Shown piece after piece: positions 1 to 11,189 of a stretch of DNA of 34,911 bases. This DNA is from Welwitschia mirabilis (lineage: Eukaryota): the NCBI GenBank assembly GCA_051453625.1, contig JBOZIK010000001.1, forward strand, positions 16,547,157 to 16,582,067. The letters are read 5' to 3'. Each line of letters starts with the position of its first letter. Position 1 is the stretch's first letter. The position numbers and the translations under genes are program-made. The notes beneath the pieces are model-generated. The model made no database searches, was not told the DNA's origin, and worked only from the letters and a program-made list of their open reading frames with translations.

Positions 1-1495
1 GAATAAAAAAGGCCAAGTGGTTGATCCAAATAGAGAAAAATTATCATCCTACTTGAGGAAAATAGTAAGGTATAATAGAATTGCATCAAAAAATTATAAG
101 AATTGGAGGGCATTACTTGATAATTTCAAAATTTATTTTTGGAAGATGGTTAAGGTATGTTATTATTCAATAATTATTACATACACATAACTTGTAATTA
201 TTACATCCCATTTTAACACAAGTCAAATACATAGTAAAAATTTAAATTATCTGAAGAGAATAAAACTTTGTATTTAAAAATATGGATAGATGATAGTATT
301 AGAAAAAAAATCAAGGTGATAAAGGACTTTTATGATACTTACAATAATTATGTAGATAGGCTTGCACTTGTTCCTAAGGGATTTCAACCACAACACTAGT
401 AAGAGGTGGTGACATACTTTAATTTAAATGAATGGCAAGTATGTAAGATGCATTTTAAGAGTTTTAATATAGAACATATTCTAAAAGAATTGCTAAGATA
501 TTTTTAACATTTAATTTTGCTATATGTTAATATGAATTAAGACAAAAAAACAAAAAATGCAAGAGGCAACAAGTTTTAGATTATATCAGTGAATGGAAAC
601 ATATGGAACAAATAGAAGATGACATGGTATAAAGTGTTGAATTAATAAGAACAAATGTTTTTCCAATGTGTTGTTTCTAATATTAGAAAATTAGTACAAA
701 ACATTGAGATAGATGATCTATAAGCAATAATAGATCATGTGAATGTATGGAAAAAGACATACATTAGGCCTAATGGATCGAGATCTATATCACAAGATAT
801 TGAAATTATTGCAAGTATTAATTACTTAATTTATAATACTCTAAACATACATTGTTTAAAAAATACCTATATCATTTAATATAGGAGAAATTAAATAAAC
901 TAATTAAATAGGACACAAGTAGCATATCAACTGCTAGCAATGATTATATTGTCCTAAGAATCTTGGTAGAGTCCATCTATCGGTGACTCTGTAACAATGA
1001 AAAGTGTCTTTCCAAAGAAAACACCTTCTGTGAGCTCATCTAAAGTTGTTCAAAATTTAAATGAAATTAAAAAGAAAAATAATAAACTTAAAGCAAATCA
1101 CCAAGTAATGGAAGAAAGAATGTCAAAAATTATGAACATTTTACGTCAAGCAGGTCCTATGGTAAGAATGCAACTTTATTTTTTATAATGGTAATATACT
1201 TTTTATCATGAGCTAACATGACTTTTAAATTATAGAATGGAATTGGCTTCGACAAACTTCAATCTAACAATGTGAATTCTTCCATGATATGAAACAATAT
1301 CTCAATGAAGGTATTAGATAAATACATATTCTACTCTATGTACTTTAGTGAAGTAAAAATAAATAAATTCATTTATAACTTTCATCTTTTTCTAGTTCAA
1401 TAAAGGTAAACTGTTTGGAAGTAAAGTTTGAAATGAAGAATCAAATACAAATTTAGTTCTAAATAGATCAAGTGGTTCAAAGGAAATTAATCATC
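1..1495 (+). pseudogene. CACTA (En/Spm) TnpA / Transposase_24 (Ptta)-like gene remnant, upstream exons; interrupted by element A
   Basis: Short exons with GT..AG-like borders translate to DRLALVPKGFQPQH**EVVTYFNLNEWQ|gt (~354-438), KNKKCKRQQVLDYISEWKHMEQIEDDM|gt (~548-626) and IDHVNVWKKTYIRPNGS (~729-780). These resemble the P.G...W..V.Y....W, N..NR..Q...H..G and W..TH...DG motifs of Ptta/En/Spm proteins. ORF 997-1188 is a coiled-coil-like exon ending at a GTAAG donor (~1162). Confidence 0.7.
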
Positions 1496-2689
1496 TATTG
1501 GTTGCCTAAATTTTACTTCAAAAGTATTCAATTCTAAAAATAATGGAATTTTAATTAGGCTTAGTACAAAGTGATTCAGCTAATGAATGTCATAATTTAG
1601 AGACCATAAGATAACATGCTAATCAATAACACAAATAAGAAAGAATAAACACTTAAATTTTAGTCTAATATTTTTGATAATATTTGTATTTTTGTAATGT
1701 AAAAAGGAAAATTGACAAGGTAAATATTCTAATGTGCAATGCAAAAATGAATGAAAAATGAAGATTCAAGTCTATGATAATTATGTTTCTAAGTTTTTAT
1801 CACCAAACTCAGCCCTTATGGCCTATATTAAAATCAGAATTAATCTAGGAATGCATTAATTAAACTTCAACACAATCTACAAAAGAAATAATATGAATTT
1901 AAGAAGAAAGACATTTTATTAAATAAATGGAATGTTTTACAAAATACCTTGGCAAGGTAGTAATTTCTCAATGTTAGAAGCATAGCCTAATCACCAAGAA
2001 TGATCTTTCATATGCTGAAATAAACCCTTGAGTAATTGAATTCATCTATCACTAATCCTCCAATGTTAAAAAATTATTAAATGATGTTAAATTGGGATTT
2101 TTATATTTTTTCTAAGGTGGTTATGAGTCAAGAAGATCAATACATGTGAAGAGGCATCATAAGGCATAAACAAGATCTTAATTGACTCAGTTAGAAAGAA
2201 GTCATGATACTATTATGTCATGATTATCATTAGGACGACACATGACATAACACCCCTTCATCATCCAATCATAGGCTATCATGTCAAAAGCTTATTAGGA
2301 TTTGAATTTACAGCTTAATGAATATGTTTTCCCCTCTGTCATGGAGATCACATATGGCATGATCACCATCTCATACCATATGTTAGCCTTATCAAGTTAG
2401 CCTCACCAAGCCAACCCTAAATGCCTTATTGCTTATGGTTATGTCCTCTGTTGTGGGGATGATAACAAGGATGATAGTTAATTTCTTAGGCTTTTCTTCC
2501 ACTCTTTTCTCCACTTTGTTTCTTGGTTGAATTCTTTCTTTTATGGATGAAAATATGGTACTTAATATCATAACTAAATTGTTATATTAGTTCATAACAA
2601 AATTTTGAAAAATGATTGAATTGAGTTCCTATTCCCTATAAAACATTGTTAATTACATTATTAAAATGTAACAATTTGAGATCATAACA
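1496..2689 (-). repeat. Element A 3' LTR
   Basis: Starts tattggttgcctaaattttacttcaaaagt and ends gagatcataaca. Colinear with 32311-33451 (53/60 identical over the first 60 nt, hand count). Confidence 0.92.
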
Positions 2690-2724
2690 TAGACCCCATA
2701 TAGAATTTTATTAGTCCCTCAACA
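2690..2724 (-). promoter_or_regulatory. Element A polypurine-tract region (decayed)
   Basis: The reverse complement gttgagggactaataaaattctatatggggtcta resembles the TTGAGGAC...AAGTGTGGGG motif found just upstream of Athila 3' LTRs. Confidence 0.65.
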
Positions 2725-2933
2725 GACAAAGTGAAAGAAGACTTTACCATGCCAAATTACTAGGGAAAGAAAACCTCAAAATCCAATAAAAAATTATGTT
2801 GCATGTTTAAATAAACTAGTAGTTTAATATTAAAAAATTCATCATCAAATAGAATTACATAAATATCAATTAATAGTTCAAAAACAATGTGCCTAAGTGC
2901 AATAATATAAAAGAAGCATAATTTCTATATAAT

Positions 2934-4999
2934 TGTTGCACTATCAATTTATGATTATTTAATAAGTTTTATGAGCTATTTTGCAGGAATTTTATATAAG
3001 TTTAGGTGTAATTTTGAGGATTTTAGAGATACAAGAGGAAATCTCGGAAAAGTATATTTATCATCCAAATTTAATACATTAAAGGCACTTTCCAATGAAT
3101 AGAGCTTTTCATCACAAAACTACTAAGTTTCTTCTCAAGAAAACATTAAAGAAGACTGTCATCCCCTCCATTGTCCACACAATAGGTAGAATGACCACTA
3201 TTTATGTGGACTATTAAGTCCTCATTTTGAACATATTTTATAATAGTCTATCATCCCCCATGTTGTCTGGACAATAGCCCAAATGACACTAACATGTAAC
3301 TGTCATTGATAGATTTCCTTAACTATTTTATTTTTTCCTAAGCACTTAATGAGTGTGCGTTACTACATGTTNNNNNNNNNNNNNNNNNNNNNNNNNNNNN
3401 NNNNNNNNNNNNNNNNNNNNNNNNNNNNNNNNNNNNNNNNNNNNNNNNNNNNNNNNNNNNNNNNNNNNNNNNNNNNNNNNNNNNNNNNNNNNNNNNNNNN
3501 NNNNNNNNNNNNNNNNNNNNNNNNNNNNNNNNNNNNNNNNNNNNNNNNNNNNNNNNNNNNNNNNNNNNNNNNNNNNNNNNNNNNNNNNNNNNNNNNNNNN
3601 NNNNNNNNNNNNNNNNNNNNNNNNNNNNNNNNNNNNNNNNNNNNNNNNNNNNNNNNNNNNNNNNNNNNNNNNNNNNNNNNNNNNNNNNNNNNNNNNNNNN
3701 NNNNNNNNNNNNNNNNNNNNNNNNNNNNNNNNNNNNNNNNNNNNNNNNNNNNNNNNNNNNNNNNNNNNNNNNNNNNNNNNNNNNNNNNNNNNNNNNNNNN
3801 NNNNNNNNNNNNNNNNNNNNNNNNNNNNNNNNNNNNNNNNNNNNNNNNNNNNNNNNNNNNNNNNNNNNNNNNNNNNNNNNNNNNNNNNNNNNNNNNNNNN
3901 NNNNNNNNNNNNNNNNNNNNNNNNNNNNNNNNNNNNNNNNNNNNNNNNNNNNNNNNNNNNNNNNNNNNNNNNNNNNNNNNNNNNNNNNNNNNNNNNNNNN
4001 NNNNNNNNNNNNNNNNNNNNNNNNNNNNNNNNNNNNNNNNNNNNNNNNNNNNNNNNNNNNNNNNNNNNNNNNNNNNNNNNNNNNNNNNNNNNNNNNNNNN
4101 NNNNNNNNNNNNNNNNNNNNNNNNNNNNNNNNNNNNNNNNNNNNNNNNNNNNNNNNNNNNNNNNNNNNNNNNNNNNNNNNNNNNNNNNNNNNNNNNNNNN
4201 NNNNNNNNNNNNNNNNNNNNNNNNNNNNNNNNNNNNNNNNNNNNNNNNNNNNNNNNNNNNNNNNNNNNNNNNNNNNNNNNNNNNNNNNNNNNNNNNNNNN
4301 NNNNNNNNNNNNNNNNNNNNAGATTTCCTTAACTATTTTATTTTTTCCTAAGCACTTAATGAGTGTGCGTAACTACATGTTTTGTCTGTCCATTTCTATT
4401 GTATTTTCCTATAAATAAGTCCTCCTTCGACTCTCCTATCCATCTTTGATGCATGAGAGATTCTCATAACAGGAAAACAAAGGACAAGAGATCTATCTTA
4501 AGAGTTGTAGAAAGATGAGCACTTGGTAGAGGGCTGAGTATCTTTCATTAAGACCCACATATTTTATAGATTGGATATTATTACCATTTTACTATAAGTC
4601 TTGGTTTTATTTTTTATTTGCATTGTAAGATTTCTTATGTCCCTTATAGTCTAATGGTGCCTAAGATCTCGTGACAATTTCTTAGGTGATATAGATTATC
4701 AAGGGCAGCCTTTGTTAAGGCTAAAAAGTAAGTAGAGTTAGGATTATTTATATTGCATGTTAGTTTAGAGTGCATCTTGCATCTTTCATGGTACTTTATT
4801 TTATTGCATTATTCATTATTCCTGATTCCTATTTAGTTGCAAAAGCAACCTAAGTCCATTACAGATAGACTTTAATGAGATACGATATTTGGATTACCCC
4901 AATTAGACTAGTGTAATGTATTATATATAATATCTATTTTAATTATTAATGAAAAAATCCATTTGAAAATAAAAATATGCATAAATACATACCACAACA
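2934..4999 (+). repeat. Element B 5' LTR (true length ~1.05 kb; inflated by a spurious N gap)
   Basis: tgttgcactatc ... ataccacaaca. Colinear with 10141-11187 (49/60 over the first 60 nt; 9 of 11 differences are transitions). TATA-like ctataaata at ~4409. Confidence 0.92.
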
Positions 5000-5002
5000 A
5001 AT

Positions 5003-5020
5003 TGGCATTATTGTCGAGGA
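5003..5020 (+). promoter_or_regulatory. Element B primer-binding site (tRNA-Asp type, decayed)
   Basis: tggcattattgtcgagga, 3 nt after the LTR end, compared with the consensus TGGCGCCGTTGCCGGGGA. All differences are C>T or G>A. Confidence 0.8.
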
Positions 5021-5470
5021 AGACTATTGAGAAGTACAAGAGTTGTTATCATTCAGATAAGTACTCTGGTTATTTGTCTATATAGCATTATATTTTATTA
5101 GGAGCTTTAGGTTTTTTATGTGCTATATTTCAGTTTCGGTTCTTTAGATTTAGGTTTTTTATTAGAAAATGTGGTCATTCCCTATGTCATGCCCATGACA
5201 GTTAGGATGACACTGTGGTTTTTGATTTTTGATTTATTTTTGATTTATGATTTTTTCTGTAATAATTTAGTTTCTATTATCTCTTGTGATGTTTGGACGA
5301 CCAACAGGATGACATGGGTTTTTTTATATTTTTCTACTTTTTGTTTGCATTTTAGTTCTATTTCTATTTTTCTATTTTCTATGTGTGTCGTCTCTTCTTT
5401 CATCTAGATGATAGATGACATGATAGTTCATTATTTTCTAATCTATTATCCATTGTTTCTTGTTTGCAGG

Positions 5471-7850
5471 ATGCTATGATATGATCAATCTGAAGAAGAA
5501 ATATTTGAGAGAAAATAAGCTAGTAGAATAGAACCTCAAAGAAGGACTGGTGTACATAGAAAAAGAATCAAAAGAACAATATCTAGTTGCACTTAATTCT
5601 CCTTTCGAATTTATTTTTTCTAAATCTGATTTTCTTAATGAAAAATCTATAAAAGGAGAAAACCAACCTACAATGTTGAGTGCTTCCTATAAACAAAAAT
5701 AATACATAGTATCTTCTTCCCCACTATCAACATCACGCTTAGAGAATTATTAGCCAACAAGAATAGAGAAATTCAAACACTTTTTGACCTACCACCAGGG
5801 GATGATGTAGAACTTAAAAATTTACATTCCTATCCAACTTTTAGTGGAGAAGATAATGAGGGTCATATTTAATACATTGGATATTGAACAACTTATCCTT
5901 ACCTCAGGAAATGAAAAAAAAAATTATAGACAGAACTTATATAATGATCTTTCCCATGACTTTAAAAGCTAGGGTAAAACTTTGGCTAAAAACTTTATTC
6001 TATAAAAGCCTAAAAATGTGGGATCAAATCTGGGAAACCTTTATAAAAATATTCATGAGTAAAGGAATTGTAAAAAAAGGAAAAATAGAAGTAACAATTT
6101 CCAATAAAAATCAAATGAAGACTAAGCCTCCACATATGAGCATTTCTTTGTAGTAGTCCACTCTAATCTAGTAGATGTCTTTTTAAGTGTAGAAAAACTA
6201 AACTACTTTTATAGTGGGCTAACTCCACATACAAAACAACTTGTAGACTTTTCTTATGGAGGAAATTTCATAACCTTTACTTTAGATAATGGATAAATAA
6301 AATTAGAGGAACTTGTGGAGGTTAGAAAAACATGGTTAACACCTGAAGAAAATCAAACTATAGGCCAACTTATCAAGGAATTAAAATAGGTGAAGCAATA
6401 AAAAGAGATAGAAGACAACCGTATAAATCCTATGAGGAAATTTAAAACAATCATATATAAGTATATAAAAATTATTTTAGATGCTAAAAATGCCACTAAA
6501 TGAAATGTTAAGAAAACTTGTGATCTATGTGAGGACAAATATCATGTTACCAAAAACTATCATTTTCTACCAACTTATAAGGAAAGGATTCATGAAAAAA
6601 TTTTTACATTTAATCAACCATCTCAAAACTTCCAAAACAAAAACCAAGCATAACCAAGGTTAAATACATATTTTTAAAACAATTATCAACCTTTTAGAAA
6701 CTCACTTGAAAACACATATTACTAACCAAGTTCATCTAAATTTCAACATTAAAATGATCAATTTACAAACTCTATAGATGAAATGATAAGAACACAAGAG
6801 GAAAAAAATGCCAAAATAGATAACTTGGTAAATATCCTTTAACAAACTTTAATGGAAAACCAAAGACCTTAAGGAACTTTACCTACACAACCTTTGCCTA
6901 ACCTAAATAAACTAAGAAGAGACTGTAAGGTTGTGACAAGAAGTGGATAAGAAACAGACCTCCTCCATGTGAACCTTCCACATCCCAAAACAATAAAGAG
7001 AAAGAGAAAGATGATGTTAAAATTTTAGATGAGTACCATTTCCCTTCTCTTAGCAAGAAGAAAAAGAAAAATCCTTCTANNNNNNNNNNNNNNNNNNNNN
7101 NNNNNNNNNNNNNNNNNNNNNNNNNNNNNNNNNNNNNNNNNNNNNNNNNNNNNNNNNNNNNNNNNNNNNNNNNNNNNNTACAAGAGAATTTAGGGTATGT
7201 AAAACTATGAAAAGACTTGATAAGAAGAAAACAAAAACGAGTCATTCCTAGTAAGATCTTTTTTACCCATCACAAACTTAGTATTGCAAAAATCACCAAA
7301 ATTTAAAGATTCAAGAGCAACCACGGTGAATGTTACTATAGAGGAAACCAAAAAGATAAGGAGAGAATTGATTGAAATTAGAGTGAGTATTAACATTATG
7401 CCACTTCACATTTGTAAGAGGCTTAGCTTGATAGATAGAATAGAGTCTACTATGGTTTCCTTAGAATTAGCAGATACATCAGTTAAGAAACTGTTAGGCA
7501 TCATTAAAGATTTTGCAATTCAAATAGAAGAGGCTTGCCACCCCATTAATGTGATTATCATAAAAGTTGAACATGATAGAGGATATCCTTTACTTCTAAA
7601 TAGAGCCTTTTATGCTATAGCCTACTACATTATTCATACAAGAAAAGGAACAATGAAATGTCATTTTGGTAATAGAACTTTTATTATTAGATTATTTAAT
7701 GTAATTAAAAAAGATTTTGGTGATGATGATATAAACATTGATAAGAATGTTAAACATACTTTATTTGTACAACATCACCCACTTGAAAAAAGATTGATGA
7801 AATTAAGTGAGCATGTTCTTTGTGATGATCAAATTAAAAATTAAGAAGAA
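5471..7850 (+). pseudogene. gag: Element B gag and aspartic protease remnant
   Basis: LHSYPTFSGEDNEGHI, MIFPMTLKARVKLWLKTL..MWDQIWETFIKIF (ORF 5884), FYSGLTPHTKQLVDFSYGGNF, the knuckle-like TCDLCEDKYH, and ORF 7284-7844 PKFKD..ELIEIRVSINIMP..LELADTSVKK..YPLLLNRAF (Athila protease with a decayed DLGAS site). Confidence 0.9.
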
Positions 7851-9010
7851 AAAAAATTTTGATCATATGAAAGTCCAACTTATCAAGAAAATTCATAAGG
7901 GAGATTGTCCATTTCATGAGCTAAAGAGTAAAAATCATGATTTAAATTTGAAAAAAAAATGTTTTCAATAACCTTGGAGGTAAAACTCTTACAAATCATT
8001 TACTCAAGTTATCATTTCTCTTCCCTTTAACTTCCAAAATATGTGCTTTGATATGGCATCATAAAGTGCTTTGCATTACTCCTCACTTCATCCAATTTAT
8101 TTTACATAAAAATAATTATACATCTATTATGTTTTATCGATTAGTTAGTTTCTAGTTTAGACCTTACTTCTCTAAAAAACTAAATACCACAATAGATTCT
8201 TTATTTTTTCTTTTTTTTTCAATAAAAGTGTGTTTTTAGATTTAAGATTTAAATAAATTTTACTTACTTTGTTGTTTTATTTTCATTTTTTGATTTCAGA
8301 ACCTCTATTTTTATTTTCGTTTGCAATTTTTCTATTTTTGTAAAAATAATCTGTCATCTCCTCTATTGTCCTCATGATATTGTGGATAATATTCGCTTTT
8401 AATAATTTTTAGTTTTTTTAATTAATTTTCTATGTTCTATTTCTTTTTCTTATGTATGTTGTCCTCTCTATCGTTTGGACAATGAGTAGGATGATAGTTA
8501 ATAAAATATAAATTTTTTATTTTTATTATTTGAGAAAATACAGTTTTATGGCTATGTTGAGATTTTTTACTAAACTACTTAAGAATTACATGAAGTAAAT
8601 AGAAAAAATTAGAATTTCATAAGCAAATCATCTAAATTTTTTCTTAGCTTTTTCCTTTAAAAGATTCTTATGGCATTACTTGATCATCTTTTAAACTTAA
8701 CTTACGTATTTATTTCCATGACTAGTCTTTTAACTTAGGCATTTCAGTAGTAAGATTGAATTCATCCAATCTTAGGATATTTATAATTTCATGAACTTCA
8801 ATTGAAGGAATATGCTTTATTTTTTATGCTTTTCTCAATGGTGAAAGGGTCTTATATTATTTTAAAAGTGTTCTTTTCTATCCTAGTCTTTTGACTTTCA
8901 CCTTTATCTTTTAGAGTATTTGGTTATGTGAATGATGTTTTATTTATAGAGAGAGATAGAAGTGAATAAATACCATGATGTTTTATATTTCTATCTCAAA
9001 AATATGATCA

Positions 9011-10140
9011 CCATGAAGTCCTACCACAAGTAGACTAGGGTAAATATTTCTAAGAGAAGCCTTTGGCAGTGTAATATGTTAGCTGTGAGAACTCCACTGG
9101 GAGGTCAGTTGGTCATGCTTCATAGGTTAATACTTCTCTAATAGTAGTTACACTCCCCTCATCATGGGTAATAAAATTGTATTTAAACTTTGAGGCTATG
9201 GAATCAGTGGTATTCTTAGTATCATCAGAGGTATTGCTTGTTTTCTAGACTCTTAGTATTTTCACATGGTCATTTTATTTCTTGAGATTTTAGTGTTTTT
9301 TTTGGAATGATATTAGGAGAGTTTAATTTTAAGTAATTCTTTGATTTGATCATTTATTATTTAAATCATTTTACTTTAAGCATTATCATAATCATTGCCT
9401 TATTGAATGAAAATTTTTGTACATTAAGTCATGCATTTTTTACATCAAGTGATATTATGATTACTTTTATTCAANNNNNNNNNNNNNNNNNNNNNNNNNN
9501 NNNNNNNNNNNNNNNNNNNNNNNNNNNNNNNNNNNNNNNNNNNNNNNNNNNNNNNNNNNNNNNNNNNNNNNNNNNNNNNNNNNNNNNNNNNNNNNNNNNN
9601 NNNNNNNNNNNNNNNNNNNNNNNNNNNNNNNNNNNNNNNNNNNNNNNNNNNNNNNNNNNNNNNNNNNNNNNNNNNNNNNNNNNNNNNNNNNNNNNNNNNN
9701 NNNNNNNNNNNNNNNNNNNNNNNNNNNNNNNNNNNNNNNNNNNNNNNNNNNNNNNNNNNNNNNNNNNNNNNNNNNNNNNNNNNNNNNNNNNNNNNNNNNN
9801 NNNNNNNNNNNNNNNNNNNNNNNNNNNNNNNNNNNNNNNNNNNNNNNNNNNNNNNNNNNNNNNNNNNNNNNNNNNNNNNNNNNNNNNNNNNNNNNNNNNN
9901 NNNNNNNNNNNNNNNNNNNNNNNNCCAAATCCTCAAAAGTGAAATGATCATGTGGGAATACTAAGAGTTTAGGAAATAAGCACTACTTTTGATGATACTA
10001 TAAATACCACTTATCTTATAGGCTTATAGTTTATTACAAATTTTTTATGATGAGGGGAGAAACACCTCCTAATGGAGTTTCCATAGTTACCAATATTGCT
10101 AAAATTTCCTTTTAGAAAAATCTCTAATATGGTAGGACAT
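9011..10140 (+). repeat. Long imperfect inverted repeat (arms ~9011-9290 and ~9927-10140) in the B 3' non-coding region
   Basis: 9184-9275 pairs ungapped with 9942-10033 (74/92 Watson-Crick plus 11 G-U). Further blocks are 9153-9165/10047-10059 (13/13), 9090-9105/10064-10079 (14/16) and 9018-9026/10130-10138 (9/9). Confidence 0.88.
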
Positions 10141-11187
10141 TGTTGCGCTACCAATTTATGGTTAATTGATGGGTTTTATAAGTTATTTTGTAGGACTTTT
10201 ATACAGGTTTAGATGAAATTTTGAGAATTTCAAAGATACAAGAGGAAATCTCTAAAAAGTGTAGTTATTATCCAAATTTGATGCGTTTAACGCACTTTTC
10301 GATAAAGAGAACATTTCATGACAAAACTGCTAAGTTTCTCCTCAAGAAAGACATTAAAAAAGACCATCATCCCCTTCATCATCCACATGATAAGCAGGAC
10401 AATGACTACTTACATGGACTATTGGGTTATCATTTTGAAGATATTTTATAATAGTCTATCCCCCCTCATATCATTTGGATGACAGCCCAGATGATACTAA
10501 CATGTAACTGTCACTGATAAATTCCCTTAGTCGTTTCATTCTTTTCTAAGCGCTTAATAAGTGCACATAACTATACCTTCTGTCTATTTGTTTCTATTGT
10601 ATTTTCTTATAAATAAGTCCCTATTCTACTCTCCTATTCATCTTTAATGCACTAGAGATCATTGTAATGTGAGAGATATCTCTTGAGAGTTGCAGAAAGA
10701 TGAGCAGTTGGTGGAGGGCTAAGTATCTTCCATTAAAACCCAATTGTTTTGTAACCTGAATATTGTTACCATTTGAATATAAATGTTGGTTTCATTTTAT
10801 GTTTGTATTGTAGGATTTCTTATGTCTCTTATAGTCTAATGTTATCCAAGATTTCATGATAATTTCTTGGGTGATATAGATTATCAATGGTAGTCTTTAT
10901 TAAGGCTAAAGAGAAAGTAGAGTTAGGATTAATTACATTGCATATTACTTTAGAGTGCATCTTGCATCTTGCATAGTACTTTATTTTATTTAATTATTAT
11001 CCATTATTCCTGATTCCTATTTAATTATAAAAGAAACTTAAGTCCCTTATAGATAGACTTCAATGAGATATGACATTTGGATCACTTTCATTATACTAGT
11101 GTAATGTATTACGCATAATATCTATTTTAATTATTAATGATATAATCCATTTAAACATAGAAACGTCCACAAATACATACTGCAATA
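10141..11187 (+). repeat. Element B 3' LTR
   Basis: tgttgcgctacc ... atactgcaata (terminal CA decayed to TA). The ancestral termini appear to be TGTTGCG..CGCAACA. Confidence 0.92.
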
Positions 11188-11189
11188 AT

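Larger units (their letters stand above)
2934..11187 (+). mobile_element. Element B: non-autonomous Athila-like Ty3/Gypsy LTR element (gag and protease only)
   Basis: LTR pair 2934-4999 and 10141-11187. TSD ataat (2929-2933) / ataac (11188-11192). PBS at 5003. Gag and protease remnants are present. No RT, RH or INT motifs were seen between 7850 and 10140. Confidence 0.9.

Noticed and set aside
1-1495. Intron-containing host gene
   Set aside because: The exons carry stops and match CACTA TnpA-type motifs, so this is a transposon remnant. No CACTA terminus was located in the window.
1491-1495. Perfect target-site duplication for element A
   Set aside because: The flanks tcatc and tattc match at only 3/5. 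The pairing of A's LTRs rests instead on the PBS/PPT, domain order and continuity of the TnpA gene.
5120-5407. 95-aa hydrophobic ORF resembling a membrane protein
   Set aside because: It is the T-rich 5' UTR of element B containing palindromic motifs. The F/L/I bias follows from base composition.
9011-10140. Hammerhead ribozyme / retrozyme interpretation of the structured region
   Set aside because: I could not find a convincing CTGANGA..GAAA core with the required helices by eye, and the pattern is a long duplex instead. An Infernal/Rfam search would be needed to exclude other ribozymes.
10221-10451. 76-aa His-rich ORF
   Set aside because: It lies inside the B 3' LTR. The histidines come from CAT-rich decayed palindromes, and the frame is not evidently preserved in the 5' LTR.
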